Source: Lophium mytilinum (taxonomy: Eukaryota). Taken from it: a DNA stretch of 64,000 nt. The notes below the pieces were generated by a model, which worked only from the letters and a program-made list of their open reading frames with translations, was not told where the DNA came from and searched no databases. The stretch covers positions 251,673 through 315,672 of the forward strand of contig MU004188.1 in assembly GCA_010093605.1 (NCBI GenBank), written 5' to 3'. Of the stretch, positions 25,251 through 37,417 are shown piece after piece. Both the position numbers and the translations under genes were made by a program. Position 1 is the first letter of the stretch; each line of letters opens with the position of its first letter.

Positions 25251-26918
25251 TCAAGCCTCCTTCGGAGCAGTCTTGGCTTGGACGTTCCAGAGGATGAAAG
25301 GACCAGAGTAGAGTTCGTCGTCCTCTTCCCACTCTTCATCGGCCTCTTGTTCAACAGCCCACCACCTGCCCAGGCACAGCTTCCCGCCAGGCAGCACGAC
25401 GCCCTCGTACCCCCATAGCGCTCCTTGGTCCACGTTGCCAAAGCTGTCGGTGTAGTACTTGATGAAGCTCATGCGCTTCCAGCCCTCAATATTCTCCTGC
25501 GCGGGGACATCGCTCATCCAGCCCGAGGCGTAGAATGTGCCGTCATCCTTGCCTTCGCCCTCGATGGAGATTGGCTGCGGCTTGCGCGGTGGGGTCGTGG
25601 AGCGAGTGCGGTGCTGGGCACGGGTGCGCGCCTCCTTCGGGGTCGGGTGCGCTTTGAGGATAGAAGAGAACATATTGAGCATGTTAGGAGGGAGAGTGGA
25701 GGACTTCAGGATGGGCTTCTTGTCGCCATCCGTGGAAGAGTCGTCAGAGTCCGTGGAGCGCATGCCTACCGGATCGAGGTGGAGGGACTGGATGGGGCAT
25801 TCTCCAGTGCTACCGTCGACATTCTTGTCAATGAAGATCGTGTTCTTCTTCTTCTTGTTGGTGCCGTCGGTGATAGCGCGGATCGCGATAACCTCCTGGG
25901 GCTCGAGGTAGGCTGTGCACACGGTTAGCGATGGCGAGAGAGTGGAGAGGAAGAGAAGAAGCTTACCATAAGTTCCTCGCCAGTCGTTTCCGATGTGCTG
26001 GTCATGGTTCTTAAGCTTGCGGTCCCAAGCAGAAGGCTTCTGCACCGCGCTCAGCTCCTTGTAGGCCTCGTACAAGGCGTGGCTCTCGTCCTTGTGCATC
26101 ATGTGGTGTCGGAAGAAGTTCATGAGGTGCAGGATGAACTCCATGTTGATGAGCTGGCGGTCGAGCCCAATGAAGATGGGTTGCTCGATCGCGTTGGCGT
26201 AGGCCATCTGCTGACTGTGCTCAAAATTGTAGACCTCGTTCCAGATGCGGCTGTTGTCAAACAAGACGTGCGAGTACATCAGCTGGATGGCGGCAAGAGT
26301 CCAGTTGTAGCTGCCTGCGACGCCAGTGCCGCTAGTGTACCGTGGGAGAGAGACTTCGTTGATCTTGGACAGAGTGGTGCTGGTCTCGATGAACCTGGAG
26401 AGCTCGTCGAGATTGCGACAGGTGCGGCGACCATGCTCGTCGTAGAGGACTTGGCCACTGAAGGACTCTTCAATTGAAGTTGTTAGCAAAGGTCGCGCAA
26501 GTGAGGGATCGCATGACCGCAAGCGGCGACGAGAATGGAGGACATACCATTGATGAGCTCGGTGATGACGGCCATCGACTTGACTTCTCTCTTGCCGTGG
26601 CCATACTTGAACGAGATGCTACTCATGCGTCGGAGCCACTTGCGGCGGCGCTGGTACTTCTTCCTCAGCACTTCGTTGTCGTGACGTCCGGGCTCCAGCG
26701 CGAATCGGGACCTGAAGCGACGGTTCCAGAAGGATCCGCCATCGGACTGGACAGCATTGCGGGTCTCCTGGCAAGTGGCGGCGAAAGCGCAGAGGTCCTT
26801 GTCGCTGTCGATGTAGTGGGCAATCTCTTGGTTGAGCTGCGACGGCAAGGTCAGTCAGGTGTGCGGCAGGAAAGGGGGTGAGCGGACTGACCTCGATGGG
26901 AAGAAGATTGAAGGCCAT
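25251..26918 (-). CDS. F-box domain protein with conserved fungal C-terminal domain, 4 exons
   Basis: MAFNLLPIE|LNQEIAHYI..DLCAFAATC..FWNRRF F-box; C-terminal WGYEGVVLPGGKLCLGRWW..YSGPFILW. Confidence 0.8.
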
Positions 26919-28291
26919 GATGCGAAGCTATTGCGCAGCAACGGAGTCGCGGTGGTGTATGAAATGTATGAATCGGTAAGGAAATAGGTGTGAGGCCACA
27001 GCAGATGCGATCAACGCAGGAGCGTGGTGTGAATAGATTGATACTGGTAAGATGCAAAAAGGGACGGGTTGGTCAAGAGGCAGGTGATGAAAAGAAGATG
27101 GTGAACAGAAGATTGAGGACGGACGATGGAGGTCGAGAGGATGAAGAGAAAGGAAAGAAGGGCGGCGAAAAAATTCTTATAAGTGAGAAGCTAGATTTAT
27201 AGCCGGTGGCTGGGGATCGTGGATTTACTCGGTGGTTGTGACTTTGGCCGCCTCGCCAAGCCTTCCCACCGCAGAACACGTCGTCCACTCACGACGCCTT
27301 CGCAGCGCTTGCATGCGATGGTGCTGCAGATCCTGATCGATTGATCGAATGCACCCTTTCGTATGATCCTGTATAGGGCTTGAAAGGCACGATTGAGGCA
27401 GCGCTCGAATGAGATTCCGTCGTGTCTTGCGAAAAGTGAAAGTCGCATACCTAGCACGGAGGTAACACTGTACGCAGCTGATATTCGAGACAGAAAGACC
27501 TATGGAAGCATGATATATACACGGCTAAGAAGAGCTCAAGCATGCTTAAGTTAATAGGAGTCACCTTCCCTCCATATCGCACCAGAAGACTCATGGCGGA
27601 GGAGGATTGCGACAGACGAATTTTGGAGTACAAACCCGCATCTGCGAATGCATTATACCTGACTTCTGCACCGCAGCTATCGATAACAAGAAGAACCTTC
27701 TGCCAAACTTTTGGAAAGGTCGGCTTGTTGTGTGCGGAGTCATAATGAAGTGTCTTCAGCCCCTTTCCAGGTCAGACGCAGGGAAGTCTTGGCACCCCCA
27801 AATGCAAGACTCTTCATGTCTCCTATACAGCCATGGAACATGTTTGCAGATGTATTTAAAACGACTACCTGCCACAAGCAGTTAAGAGAACCATCCGCAT
27901 GATTCTCCAGTAAAGGGGAGCTTAGGTCGTCGTGGCGCAACCGAACGCGAGGGCAGCGGCATCTGGACACGGTGCGCAATTGGGCGCTATTGCGTCGCGC
28001 ACATGTAACAGTAGCCTTTCTCGATCGCGTATATAAGGAGATGTGTACAAGTCCAAAGAGATGATTTCTTGCGTCTTCATATACGATGATTTGACATTGA
28101 ATTGAGGAAATATGAGACGTAACTCATCTTCGCATGTCTCAGCCATAGCACATATTCCTACCTCATGCGTCCTGTGCTGAGACCGAGGCCACATCAGATA
28201 TAAAGGGGTGAACGAGGCGTGCTTAAGATATATGTATGATTTCAAGTGATTCCGGATTGTCTACCTACCATACAAAGGTACATACACCCAC

Positions 28292-29862
28292 CTAAACCAA
28301 CAGTCCCATGACCATACAAGCAGCCAGCACCCACCACTGCACCCTCTCTCTCACACCCGCACCAGGCTTCGTGGAGCTCGCAGCCGCCTGCCCCGTGCCC
28401 GTCGCCGTGCCCGTCGTGGTCGGCGACGCGGTGCTCGAAGGCTGCACGTTTACAGCGCCGCCGTCTGCCCTCGTGATCACGTACACCTCGCCCGTGGCAT
28501 CCGAGCTCATGAAAAGACGGCCCTTAGTATCCCACGCCAGCCCGACAGGGCGGAAGCAGGCATCTGGGCACTTGGAGTTGTCTTGATTAGCCACAATGTC
28601 GACGGCGGCGGTGGTGCTATTCGAGGGCTCAAGGGGGGAACCGTTGGCAAATGTAATGAGTGAGAGCTTGTAGCCGACTGGGGCGGCGCGGTCCCTGGCG
28701 AGGTGTGAGTATGTCCTAATACTAAGTCAAAGAAAGGCTGCTTACCAGCTCCCATGGAACGTGACCCACGCCTCGCTCCCGTTGGCGTTGAACTTGAGAT
28801 CCAATGGCGCCTGATGCGCCTGGAACGTCAATCGCGGCGGGATGCGCTCCTTCTGGCAAATTGTGTCGTTGAGAGTGCTGTTCTGGTTGCCAATCGCGAA
28901 CTGCGTGCCAACTTCAATTCCCTCGTTCTGCGGAATCGTGCTGACGTTCCAAGCGGCGAAGCAAGACGGGTATCCGTAGTTCTGGCCCTGAGGGGCATAC
29001 TCGGTGCCATTGAGGTAGCCGTGGAAGTTCATCTCCTCCCCAGGGTTGTCTGTATGGATGTTCTTGCCCTCGCGCTCCATCTCGTCGACGCTGTTCTCCA
29101 CAGACCAGATGCCACCCGTGAGCGGCTCCTCCGCAACGCCAACAGAATTGCGCAGGCCCCACCCCAGTCGGAGCCCGTTGGTATTGAAGTCATACGCGCC
29201 AGTCGAGTTGGTGAGGTTGAACGCCTTGATTTGGCTGCGTCCGGTGTTGATGTCTTCCGCCTCGAGATCGAGGTTCGACGTGCTGCCACGGCTTACTAGC
29301 AACAAATTATCCACCTGCTTCGAGACGAGTAAGGTGCGCGTAGTGTGATCCGAAGTGCTCATCCCCGTGACAATCTGGCGGGGCTTCGACGTGTTCTTGC
29401 TGTTGGCGGCATCATAGTCCCACGCGTAAACGATGTCCGCAGAGGACGCGTAGAGGGTCTTTCCGTCACTAGAGAGCTCGATTCCATGGTTGAGCTAAGA
29501 AATCGCGATCAGCATTCGAGGCCATGGCGGAGAATTTCATTAGCCTGGTGGCTGGCTCCACTTACGGTTTTATCCTTAATCACAACAGTCGGCTTTCCAG
29601 CAGTCACGCAGGACCCGCCGTTGTCGGTCAAGGGAAGGCTGACGATGCCAGTGTTTCGCTGTACGACGAGAAGATGGCCGCTGGTGTCGAATATGATACC
29701 GCGCGGGCTCGTCAGGCCAGTGGCCACGACTTTGACATCCCAGCCGGGTGCTACGGATGGCGCGGCGTTCTTGGGGGAGAGGGTGGTTGAGCACGTCTGC
29801 ATGGATTGCGCGCTCGCGATCGCATAGAAGCAAGACGCGACGAGGCTGTACGAATACTTCAT
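28292..29862 (-). CDS. Secreted PQQ-dependent glucose/sorbosone dehydrogenase-like beta-propeller (AA12-like), probable GPI anchor; 3 exons
   Basis: Signal peptide; GLTSPRGIIFD, LNHGIELS, HTTRTLL, GWGLRNSVG, DNPGEEMNF, FHGSW, CFRPVGLAWD; Ser/Thr linker plus hydrophobic C-terminus. Confidence 0.88.
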
Positions 29863-31788
29863 GGCTAGGTAGAGACAGTCAAAAACGCGTGTAAACAGCG
29901 AGATCCAGGCTTCGTGAACGAAGTCAGACTCCTGAATTTCCGAGGGGCGGCTAAGCCGTGTAGAGAATGAAGGCTAGCAAACCAGCCAGTTGCCCGTTCC
30001 GTCTGTCATGATGAAGCCAAGCATCCGTACGAAGCTAATTTCGTGCCGTTTACCCTCCGGTGGTGGCAACAGGGCGCGTGTGAGATGGTCGACTGCGTCA
30101 TCGTGGGGAGTAAGGAGGGTGAAACAAAGGCTTTTCTAGTGGAGCCTGTTGGCAGTTGCGGCATAAACATCATGTTTCACGAAGCACAAACACGCTCAAC
30201 CATCACCGGGCCACCCTAGCCAACCATTGTTCACCACCGTCTGAGGTGGCCCAGAGAGCTATCAGGCATGCCAAAACTGGTATTTCATGAATAGCAACAT
30301 CAACCCGGAGGACCTCAAGCGGTGCCAAACAAGCGTGCAAGAGCGCAGAGATGGATTCAGAGAGTGCCAATCTCTATTGCCACCCAATCACCACGCTGTC
30401 TTATATATATGTGCACCCGTCCAGCCGTCTGCCACCGCTTGGAGTGCTTCCACAAATTTCCACATACCCCAAAGCCATCTCATCTGAATTTTCAAAAACG
30501 CATTGAAGCACCACAAACAGCGACAAACAAGTGTATGCCACCGTTTCTAAGCCCATCGTGCCTACAATGCTAGCTTACCACATCCCACCCTCTCCCAACC
30601 GGTCTCTGTTATGACAACAACGCGTCCTCTCACCCACACGCGCCCAAAAAATCAAAATGGCCAAAAAGGGTGATTCCAAACCCCCGCACCTGCATGCCAG
30701 CCCATTGCCTTGAATTAGGCTAGGATATCTATAATCGGTTCGAGCGATCGGATCCACCGTCACGAGTAAGCAGCCAGGGATGGGGCCTGGATCCGAGGTC
30801 TGAAAGAAGTGGTGTCTTCCGAACCACATGCTCATGGGTCTGACTGGCGGCAACATAAAGGTTTCAGCAGCGGTTTGTGGCGAGAGGATTTGGGGTATGA
30901 GTTTTGGGGACTAATAGTTGAGGGATGAGGGTCAAGGGCATCGAATTTTGTTTGCAAATATTGATCATTGAGTAGTTTTGGAGCAGGCGACGGCCTTAGC
31001 AAGGGCTCTTCACGGTGTCATTATATAGCAATGCAATTCAACTTATTTTTATAATAGGGAGCAAATCTTGCGTTGATATATATGCTAGTAGCTCTAACAG
31101 TCGTTATTTTTTCCACCCCTCCCTCACTCGCTCGAGGCAATCAAAGGACCCAACATCTCCAAGCACTCAACCAAACACCCAGATTTTGTACAGGTGAATA
31201 TCGCCGCTATTCTTCGGTGGCGTGCGTCTGACATTTCTATTCAAAAAAAAGAAGAGAAGAACTCAAGACACCCAGCACACAATCGCCAAAAGTTAATTCC
31301 CATGACAAGAAGAAAGGTAGTCTGACGTGTAGGTCCCAATCCAATCGAGTTGTCACAAACCTTGCCATGCCAATGCCATGCCATGCAATCCCTTTTGTGT
31401 GTGTGCTGCGCCGCCGCGGCCTTCGAAGTGTTTCTGTTCCAGGGAGAAATGAAAAAGGTTCGAACCAAACAAACGATCCGTTGCTCTCGATGCGAAACAC
31501 AGGAAAATGCAAGCCGCTCAAATGCAAAATAAAATAGAAAAGCACGCAAAGGCGAACGTGCCAAAAGGAAAAGAACAAAATACAAAAAGTCCCAAAGTCA
31601 CACTGAAAGCCCATCACGAATGGAAAGCTCGTTCAATGGAATGCCGCTGTGAAAGGGAAAAAAGTCCCATAGTAAACCCTTTTTGCCCACCCTTCACTTT
31701 TCCAAGGCGCTCCTTTTTCGTGGCTGGCAATGGTCGCTGGATACATGTGCCAGCATGCTCTTGATGCATAAAACATCGTAGCCGAAAT

Positions 31789-34700
31789 CTACATGACCGT
31801 CATTAATTTTATTTGCGTGGCTAAGTCGTTCTCTGTCTGGAACATTTTGCTGAACGGTGGCTCTTTCGGACTCGTGCTGGGACTTAGATGAAGCCCTTCC
31901 GCCTCTCGAAGCGCATCTTTGACTTTGCGCATTAGTGTGTGCACATATGGAACAATGTGCCGCAAAGTTGCCGTGTCGAAAGGAACCTTCTTAGTGGGTG
32001 CAACCGGCTGCAGTTGTGTGTTTGGTTCATGAACACTTTTCCGCTGTTGCAAAGCTTCAATCACAGATCGCGCCTTTGCTTCCGAGTCCTTGCGTGGCCG
32101 GGTGATGGGTAGCTTGAACGCTGGAGGCGTCGATTGGCTGTGGTTGAGCTCGACGTGGTTTTCGTTGGTGCTTGGTAAAGGCGACGATATCGGACCACCG
32201 AAAATGTCGTGGTTAGGTGGAAGAATCGACTTTCGTCGTGGGCGTGTGTTGTGAGGTATTGGGTGGACGGCATCTTCTTTCGCTGATAGGCTGGTCTTGC
32301 GTCGCCCTCGTCCGTTACTGGGACTAGGCCCTGACACGTCATCAAACGCATCCAGGTCAAACCCCGGAGACGACGGCGGCGAGAGCCCTTGAGGGGCCTG
32401 GGCTTCTTCTGCTTCCTGGTCGGCGAGTTCAATCATTGCATCCACCTCTTCCCACATGCTGGCATTTGGTCCTTCCACCACTCCCAGCATGACGGCCCGA
32501 CCACGCTTCTCTTTTAGCTCTTCGATCAACAAGCCCCATTCTCTTAGTAGTCCGATGTTTGCGAGGACGTTGCTCTGCTGTTCCTGGATCGTCTTCGGGA
32601 CAATCATCGACATGCTGCTGTCAATCCGGGGCGCATTTCCGTTGGCGCGGCCTGAGGGAGATTCGCTGATGTCAGTGAACTCGAAATCATCATTCCAGTC
32701 TTCAGTGACGCCCTTGCTTCCAACGCCCCATGTTCCAAACTTGTTGGTGACAACTGTGGTACGCTTGCCAGCGACGTCTGGAACAACTGGCACACTCTGG
32801 CTGCGGGCATGCAAGGCACTTGGTGCCCGACGACCAACAGACCTGCTGCCTCGACCATCGGTGTCTTTCTTCCCATGCACGGTTTTGGGACGTGGCGGTG
32901 TACGATTGCCTGGGCTTTTATCAGTGGGCTGCTGCTCTGACCAATCGAAGATCGTGCTCCTTGCATCTCGTTCAGCGTGGTCGATGTGCAAATGCTGTGG
33001 TGTTGCGAAGGTTGGGCTTGATGCGTGATCCAATAGGCGGGGGCGTCTGAAAGATAAAGGCAGGGCGGTGTGAGTGGCCGGCATGCGATCAAGATCGTCG
33101 TCCCACCCGTCGCTTGCCTCGTCGTCTTCCTCGAATGACCATCTGTTTTCCTCTTCCTCGGCGCCGTTGTCCCACTCCAGCGTACCCAAGCTAAGCGGCT
33201 TAGGCATATCTGGGGGGGACGATGGAATGTGGGAAGGAAATAACGGGTTCCCATTCATGCGCGCAGTCGTCGGTGACTCAGTCTCCATCCTGTCCGCTAT
33301 GATTGTTCGCACCGGCGTAGATACGCTTTCGTCTTCCTCGGTGATGCTATGATTGCCTGTGATGCTGGACACGGTCTGGTCGTGGAACGTTCCTTTTGGG
33401 AGCAAGTCTCGTAGGGCTGTGACTTTGCTTTTGGAGACCTGCGGCGGTGATTCGTCAAAGATAGTCTCGATGCGGGGTCCACGTGCTCCCGATGTGCTCT
33501 GGGTGGCGCCGGTAGTAGTGGTGCGCAAGGAGTCAAAAACGGTGTCGCTCTGGAAATCGGTTTCGTCTTCATCGCCAGATCCCATACCACGAGCCTCATT
33601 GTCCGATCCAATTAATGTCGAGGCTTGCTCGGAGGGAGCGACCGAGTTGCGAGAAGGGCGGGCACCACCTTGTACCAGGGTGGGCGAGCGAGGGACGTGG
33701 CCCGAAGTTCGCCGTGAGCTGTGTAGCTCTCCTGAGGCCGATGGGCTGTTGTGCTGTGGGGTGCCATTTGAGCGAGGCAGTGGTGGTAGAGGCGATGAAT
33801 CGAAACGTTGTCCACTATAGCCCGAGTCACCCCCGTGCGATGTGTATATTTCCCGGCGGAGAAGAAGAGGGTCCGACAAGTCTCGTCGCTTGGATGGCCT
33901 CTCTGCTTGCCCGTGAGACGTGACGCTCTGCCTGCTGCCCATGGCATTCAGAGGTGCTGAGACTACTCGCTTGCTCGACTTTCTTGTCAACTTGGTGCCT
34001 GGGGTTTTGAGTGGTTGTTGCTTTCTCGAGAGCAAATCGCTGATCGAGAAGGATCGCCGCGGACGGGCCACCTGCGCGGCTTCCTCGGCCATGATTTGCT
34101 TAGAAGACTTCTCTGGCTGAGTATTGGAGGCGCCTTCATTCCCAGTGACAAACAAGGCCATGTCGGCGGGCGTTCCGGGCCTACTTACGATATACACACT
34201 ATCACCGTCCTGGCTGGAAGAGTCGTCAACTTCTATAGAGCATGCTGAAACCGACTTGGCTAATAGCAGGGTCGGTCTGTGCGTGTCATCGGGGAAAATG
34301 CGCTTGATGGCCTTGGGAGTGCCAGACGGGGTCCGCTTTTTGGATAGCGTCTTCTCTTTTGATACCTTTGCACTGAAGAATTGTGTGTACTGCACTCCAT
34401 AGTCTGGCAGCGAGGTGTGCTGTGGCTCCTCGGACGAGGAGTCGTCCTCGATCGGCAGTTCTGTCAAGCTGGAGCGGCGCAAGAGAGTTGCAGAGCGTTG
34501 ATGGCTCGTGGCGGGGCGGCGAAGGGAGGGCATGCGGGAGCCGGAGGAGTGCGAAGGAGCATCGCGAGCGCCTCGCACGGATGAGGAACGTTTGACGAGC
34601 TTGTTCGGAGGCAAGGGAGAGGGCGAGCGTTTGCCAACTATAGGTGCGGTGGAACCATCGTGGGAGAAAGCCATGGAGCCGTTCGAGGCTGAAACCGAAG

Positions 34701-35372
34701 GCGACATGGGGCCTGGACTCGAGTTGCGGCTCGAGTTTTGCGAGGTGGAGATGGTGGAGAGGCGCTTCTTCAGCCAGCTCGGGCGGGAGCGAAGGGTCGC
34801 GGTGGGATCGAAGTCGTTCAGGTCGTGATCGCCCGAGGGGGCATGGCCATCATTCGTAGCATCGTGGAACTGGGCGACCGCATCGCCGCTCGTCATCCTC
34901 CTCGCAAGCTTGCGCTGTGTCAAGCGCCCATCGTGACTGCGGCGCGTTGCTATGCGAGTCGAGCCCGAGGTAGTGACGGGCAAGGGCGAGCTGAAGGAGA
35001 AGGCAGAGTTGGTCGCCGTGGTGGTGTGGCTGGCGGAAGGCATTGGGCGGACGTCCAGCACCTGGGCCGGGTTCGTCTTCCTCTTGTTCTCCGCGTCGTA
35101 GGGAGGGTCGAGTCGGCCAAAGGCGAGTCCCACGGCGGAAGCACCAACTGCCACTGTCGTTGCACAGAGCTATCACAGGACGGGTCAGCTCAGCGGCGGT
35201 GGGACTCGGATGCGCGTGCGTGGGAATTGGGCAAGGAGAGGGCGCCGCCAGATGCCAGAAATGGGTGAAGCATCCACGACAGCACAACAGCACAACACAC
35301 GCAGCGTGCAGGAAACATGGAGCCGGACAGCGTGGTGGGGGGGAGGCGGCTTACCGTTGGAACCGTTTTCAT
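31789..35372 (-). CDS. Large, mostly disordered conserved fungal protein (~1130 aa); predicted first exon MKTVPT, intron 35354-35170
   Basis: 1121-codon ORF with blocks NKLVKR, RRPATSHQRS, RPKTVHGK, KFGTWG..TEDWNDDFEF; GTAAGC..CTGAC..TAG intron joins an upstream ATG in frame. Confidence 0.75.
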
Positions 35373-35902
35373 TCTCGCTGGAGACCCAGCCGCCGCGACA
35401 TGCAAGGCACAATCGAGAGGAGACTCGTGACGACGCGGTGCGTGGTCGTGGGCATTATGGCATCCTCAGGGAGGTGGTGAGGGTTCGACTCGGGGCTGGA
35501 CGGCGGGAGAGAGGGCACGCAGGCACGCTTTCGCCGGAGTGACAGCCGGAGAGTCGTCGGGGGTCTCTTGGGCAGGATTCAGGCGGGGATGAGGGAGTGG
35601 AGAGCAGAAACAGGAGCGTTCTCGATGGCCGGCCTGCCCCAGATGGTGAACTGCCAAACGAGCGACGACGCTGCAAAAGAGGCCGCTAAGCAGCCAGGGC
35701 CCCAGCCTGTGGACGAGCTTGGCGTGAAGCCGGCGCGCTGGAATGCTCCGTCAACATGAGCATCCTCGCAGCATCTTACCACTGTCTCGCCCGTGTCTGC
35801 ACTGGAGCGTCATTAGCAGCGGGGCCTGTGGTGTGCGGCCCTTTTGCTCCAGGTATACGACAGCAGCGTCACACGGCCGCCTTTTGCGATATCAACAGCC
35901 CA

Positions 35903-35985
35903 GACACCGACATGCACAGCACCGACATTCACAGTAACGGCATTCACCAGCATTGACATTCACCAGCACTGGCAGCACAGTAGCA
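35903..35985. repeat. Imperfect 15-16-nt tandem repeat (gacattcaccagca-like, ~5 copies) in divergent promoter region
   Basis: ccgacatgcacagca ccgacattcacagta acggcattcaccagca ttgacattcaccagca. Confidence 0.6.
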
Positions 35986-37417
35986 ATCTCGCAGTACATA
36001 GTAGTCGCAGTAGCAGTCCTCGCCCTCGCAGCATGGACCTAGTAGCAGGACTCAGCAGCATCGGCTGCAGCATCCGCACGCTGCCCCTCATCGTGTTGCA
36101 CTTGGGGGCGCTGATACGTGATTCCCCCGAGCATCTTGTATATGTCAGTAGGTAATCCGGCCCACACCGGCGCGACGTCAGGGCGGGCGAATGCTCGCAT
36201 CGCCAAACACATTGGCCAGCCCGTCAGACGAGCAGCGTGCCTGTCCCTGCTGGCTCTGGTGGCGGTAGAGCTCTGAGCCGTGGTCGGCAGCCCCAAAGCG
36301 CGTGAGGTGAGCAGCCTCTGGCAAATGGCAGCGCCCAGGCGTGTTTTGCTTTTGCCATCCGACACGACCAGGAGCCTGGACGAGAGGCGTCACTCTCTCG
36401 CGGCGGACAGCCGTCGGGCTGAGGTCAATTCAACACCACGTTACCAATGGCCGGGGGAGGAGGCCCTCCTCGTCGCCCTGGCGGCATCCATCCTGGCTCG
36501 CAGCTCCCCCGGCGCGTCTAGCAGGCGGTCCTGGGCAAACCACACCGGGGTGCCAGGTTCATCGGAACGGCAGAGGCAGAGCGGGCTAGATGCGGCGCGG
36601 CGGACGTGTATCAAACCGCAGCCTTCCCTGATTCCTGGCCGGCAGCCGCTCTGTGCCTCAACGCCTGCTGGGAGCGCTGTTTCGAGGACGGGGGCGCTGC
36701 GGATGTCGCAGACGCTGGCGATATCAGTGCTGGCGCGGTTGAGAGGCCGCACAGAAGAGGGCATTGGCTCTGTTGTGGGCTCCAGACGCGGTTCCACCGC
36801 TGCAGAGGGCGCCGTCTTGCGGGCACATCCTTGCTGTGTATCGTTCTCGGCTGGGAGATGCACGATGGCCAGGTGGAGATGGCCGGCATAGCGCGTTTGG
36901 CCCGCAGATTGCTCAGCCTGCTGAGGGCCGCGGTTTGATGTGCACCGGCACGCCTGCACAGCGCTCGGCGTGAGGGGATCGGGGGCGATCTGTACTGTGA
37001 TGTGACCAAAGGAGCAGAACCATGAAGTGTTTGAGCAGGCAACCTGATGCAACTTGATACACGCGTGATTGGCCAGTGTGGCGCTTCTTCAGCCCTTCTG
37101 GAAGCTTGGAGCCGGACATGTTCTGCACAACGAGACGCCCTTACAGCTCGTCGAGTACGTACCGGGTACATATAGCGAGATTTGCCCTCCACCGCAGCTG
37201 GCAGCAGTCCCTCACTGGCGGTCGGCGCGCGCGGGATTGCTAGTGGTGGCGTGCTTTTTCGGAGCCACCTCCAGATTGAACCTATGCGTGCTGCGGAGGG
37301 AGGTGGTGATCAGCCCCACCCTTGCGGTTCGTTCGCCAAAATCCAAAATTATCACGCCCACGCCCACGCCCACCCAGCCTACGCGATTGTAGCACGACCA
37401 GACACCACACAGACACC

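Noticed and set aside
35152..35154. GUG start in good context for the 1121-aa ORF
   Set aside because: An upstream ATG exon (35372) splices in frame through a canonical intron, so non-AUG initiation is not needed
35400..37400. Many overlapping 100-200-aa ORFs
   Set aside because: GC-rich divergent promoter region; Arg/Ala/Pro-rich translations with no domain signal
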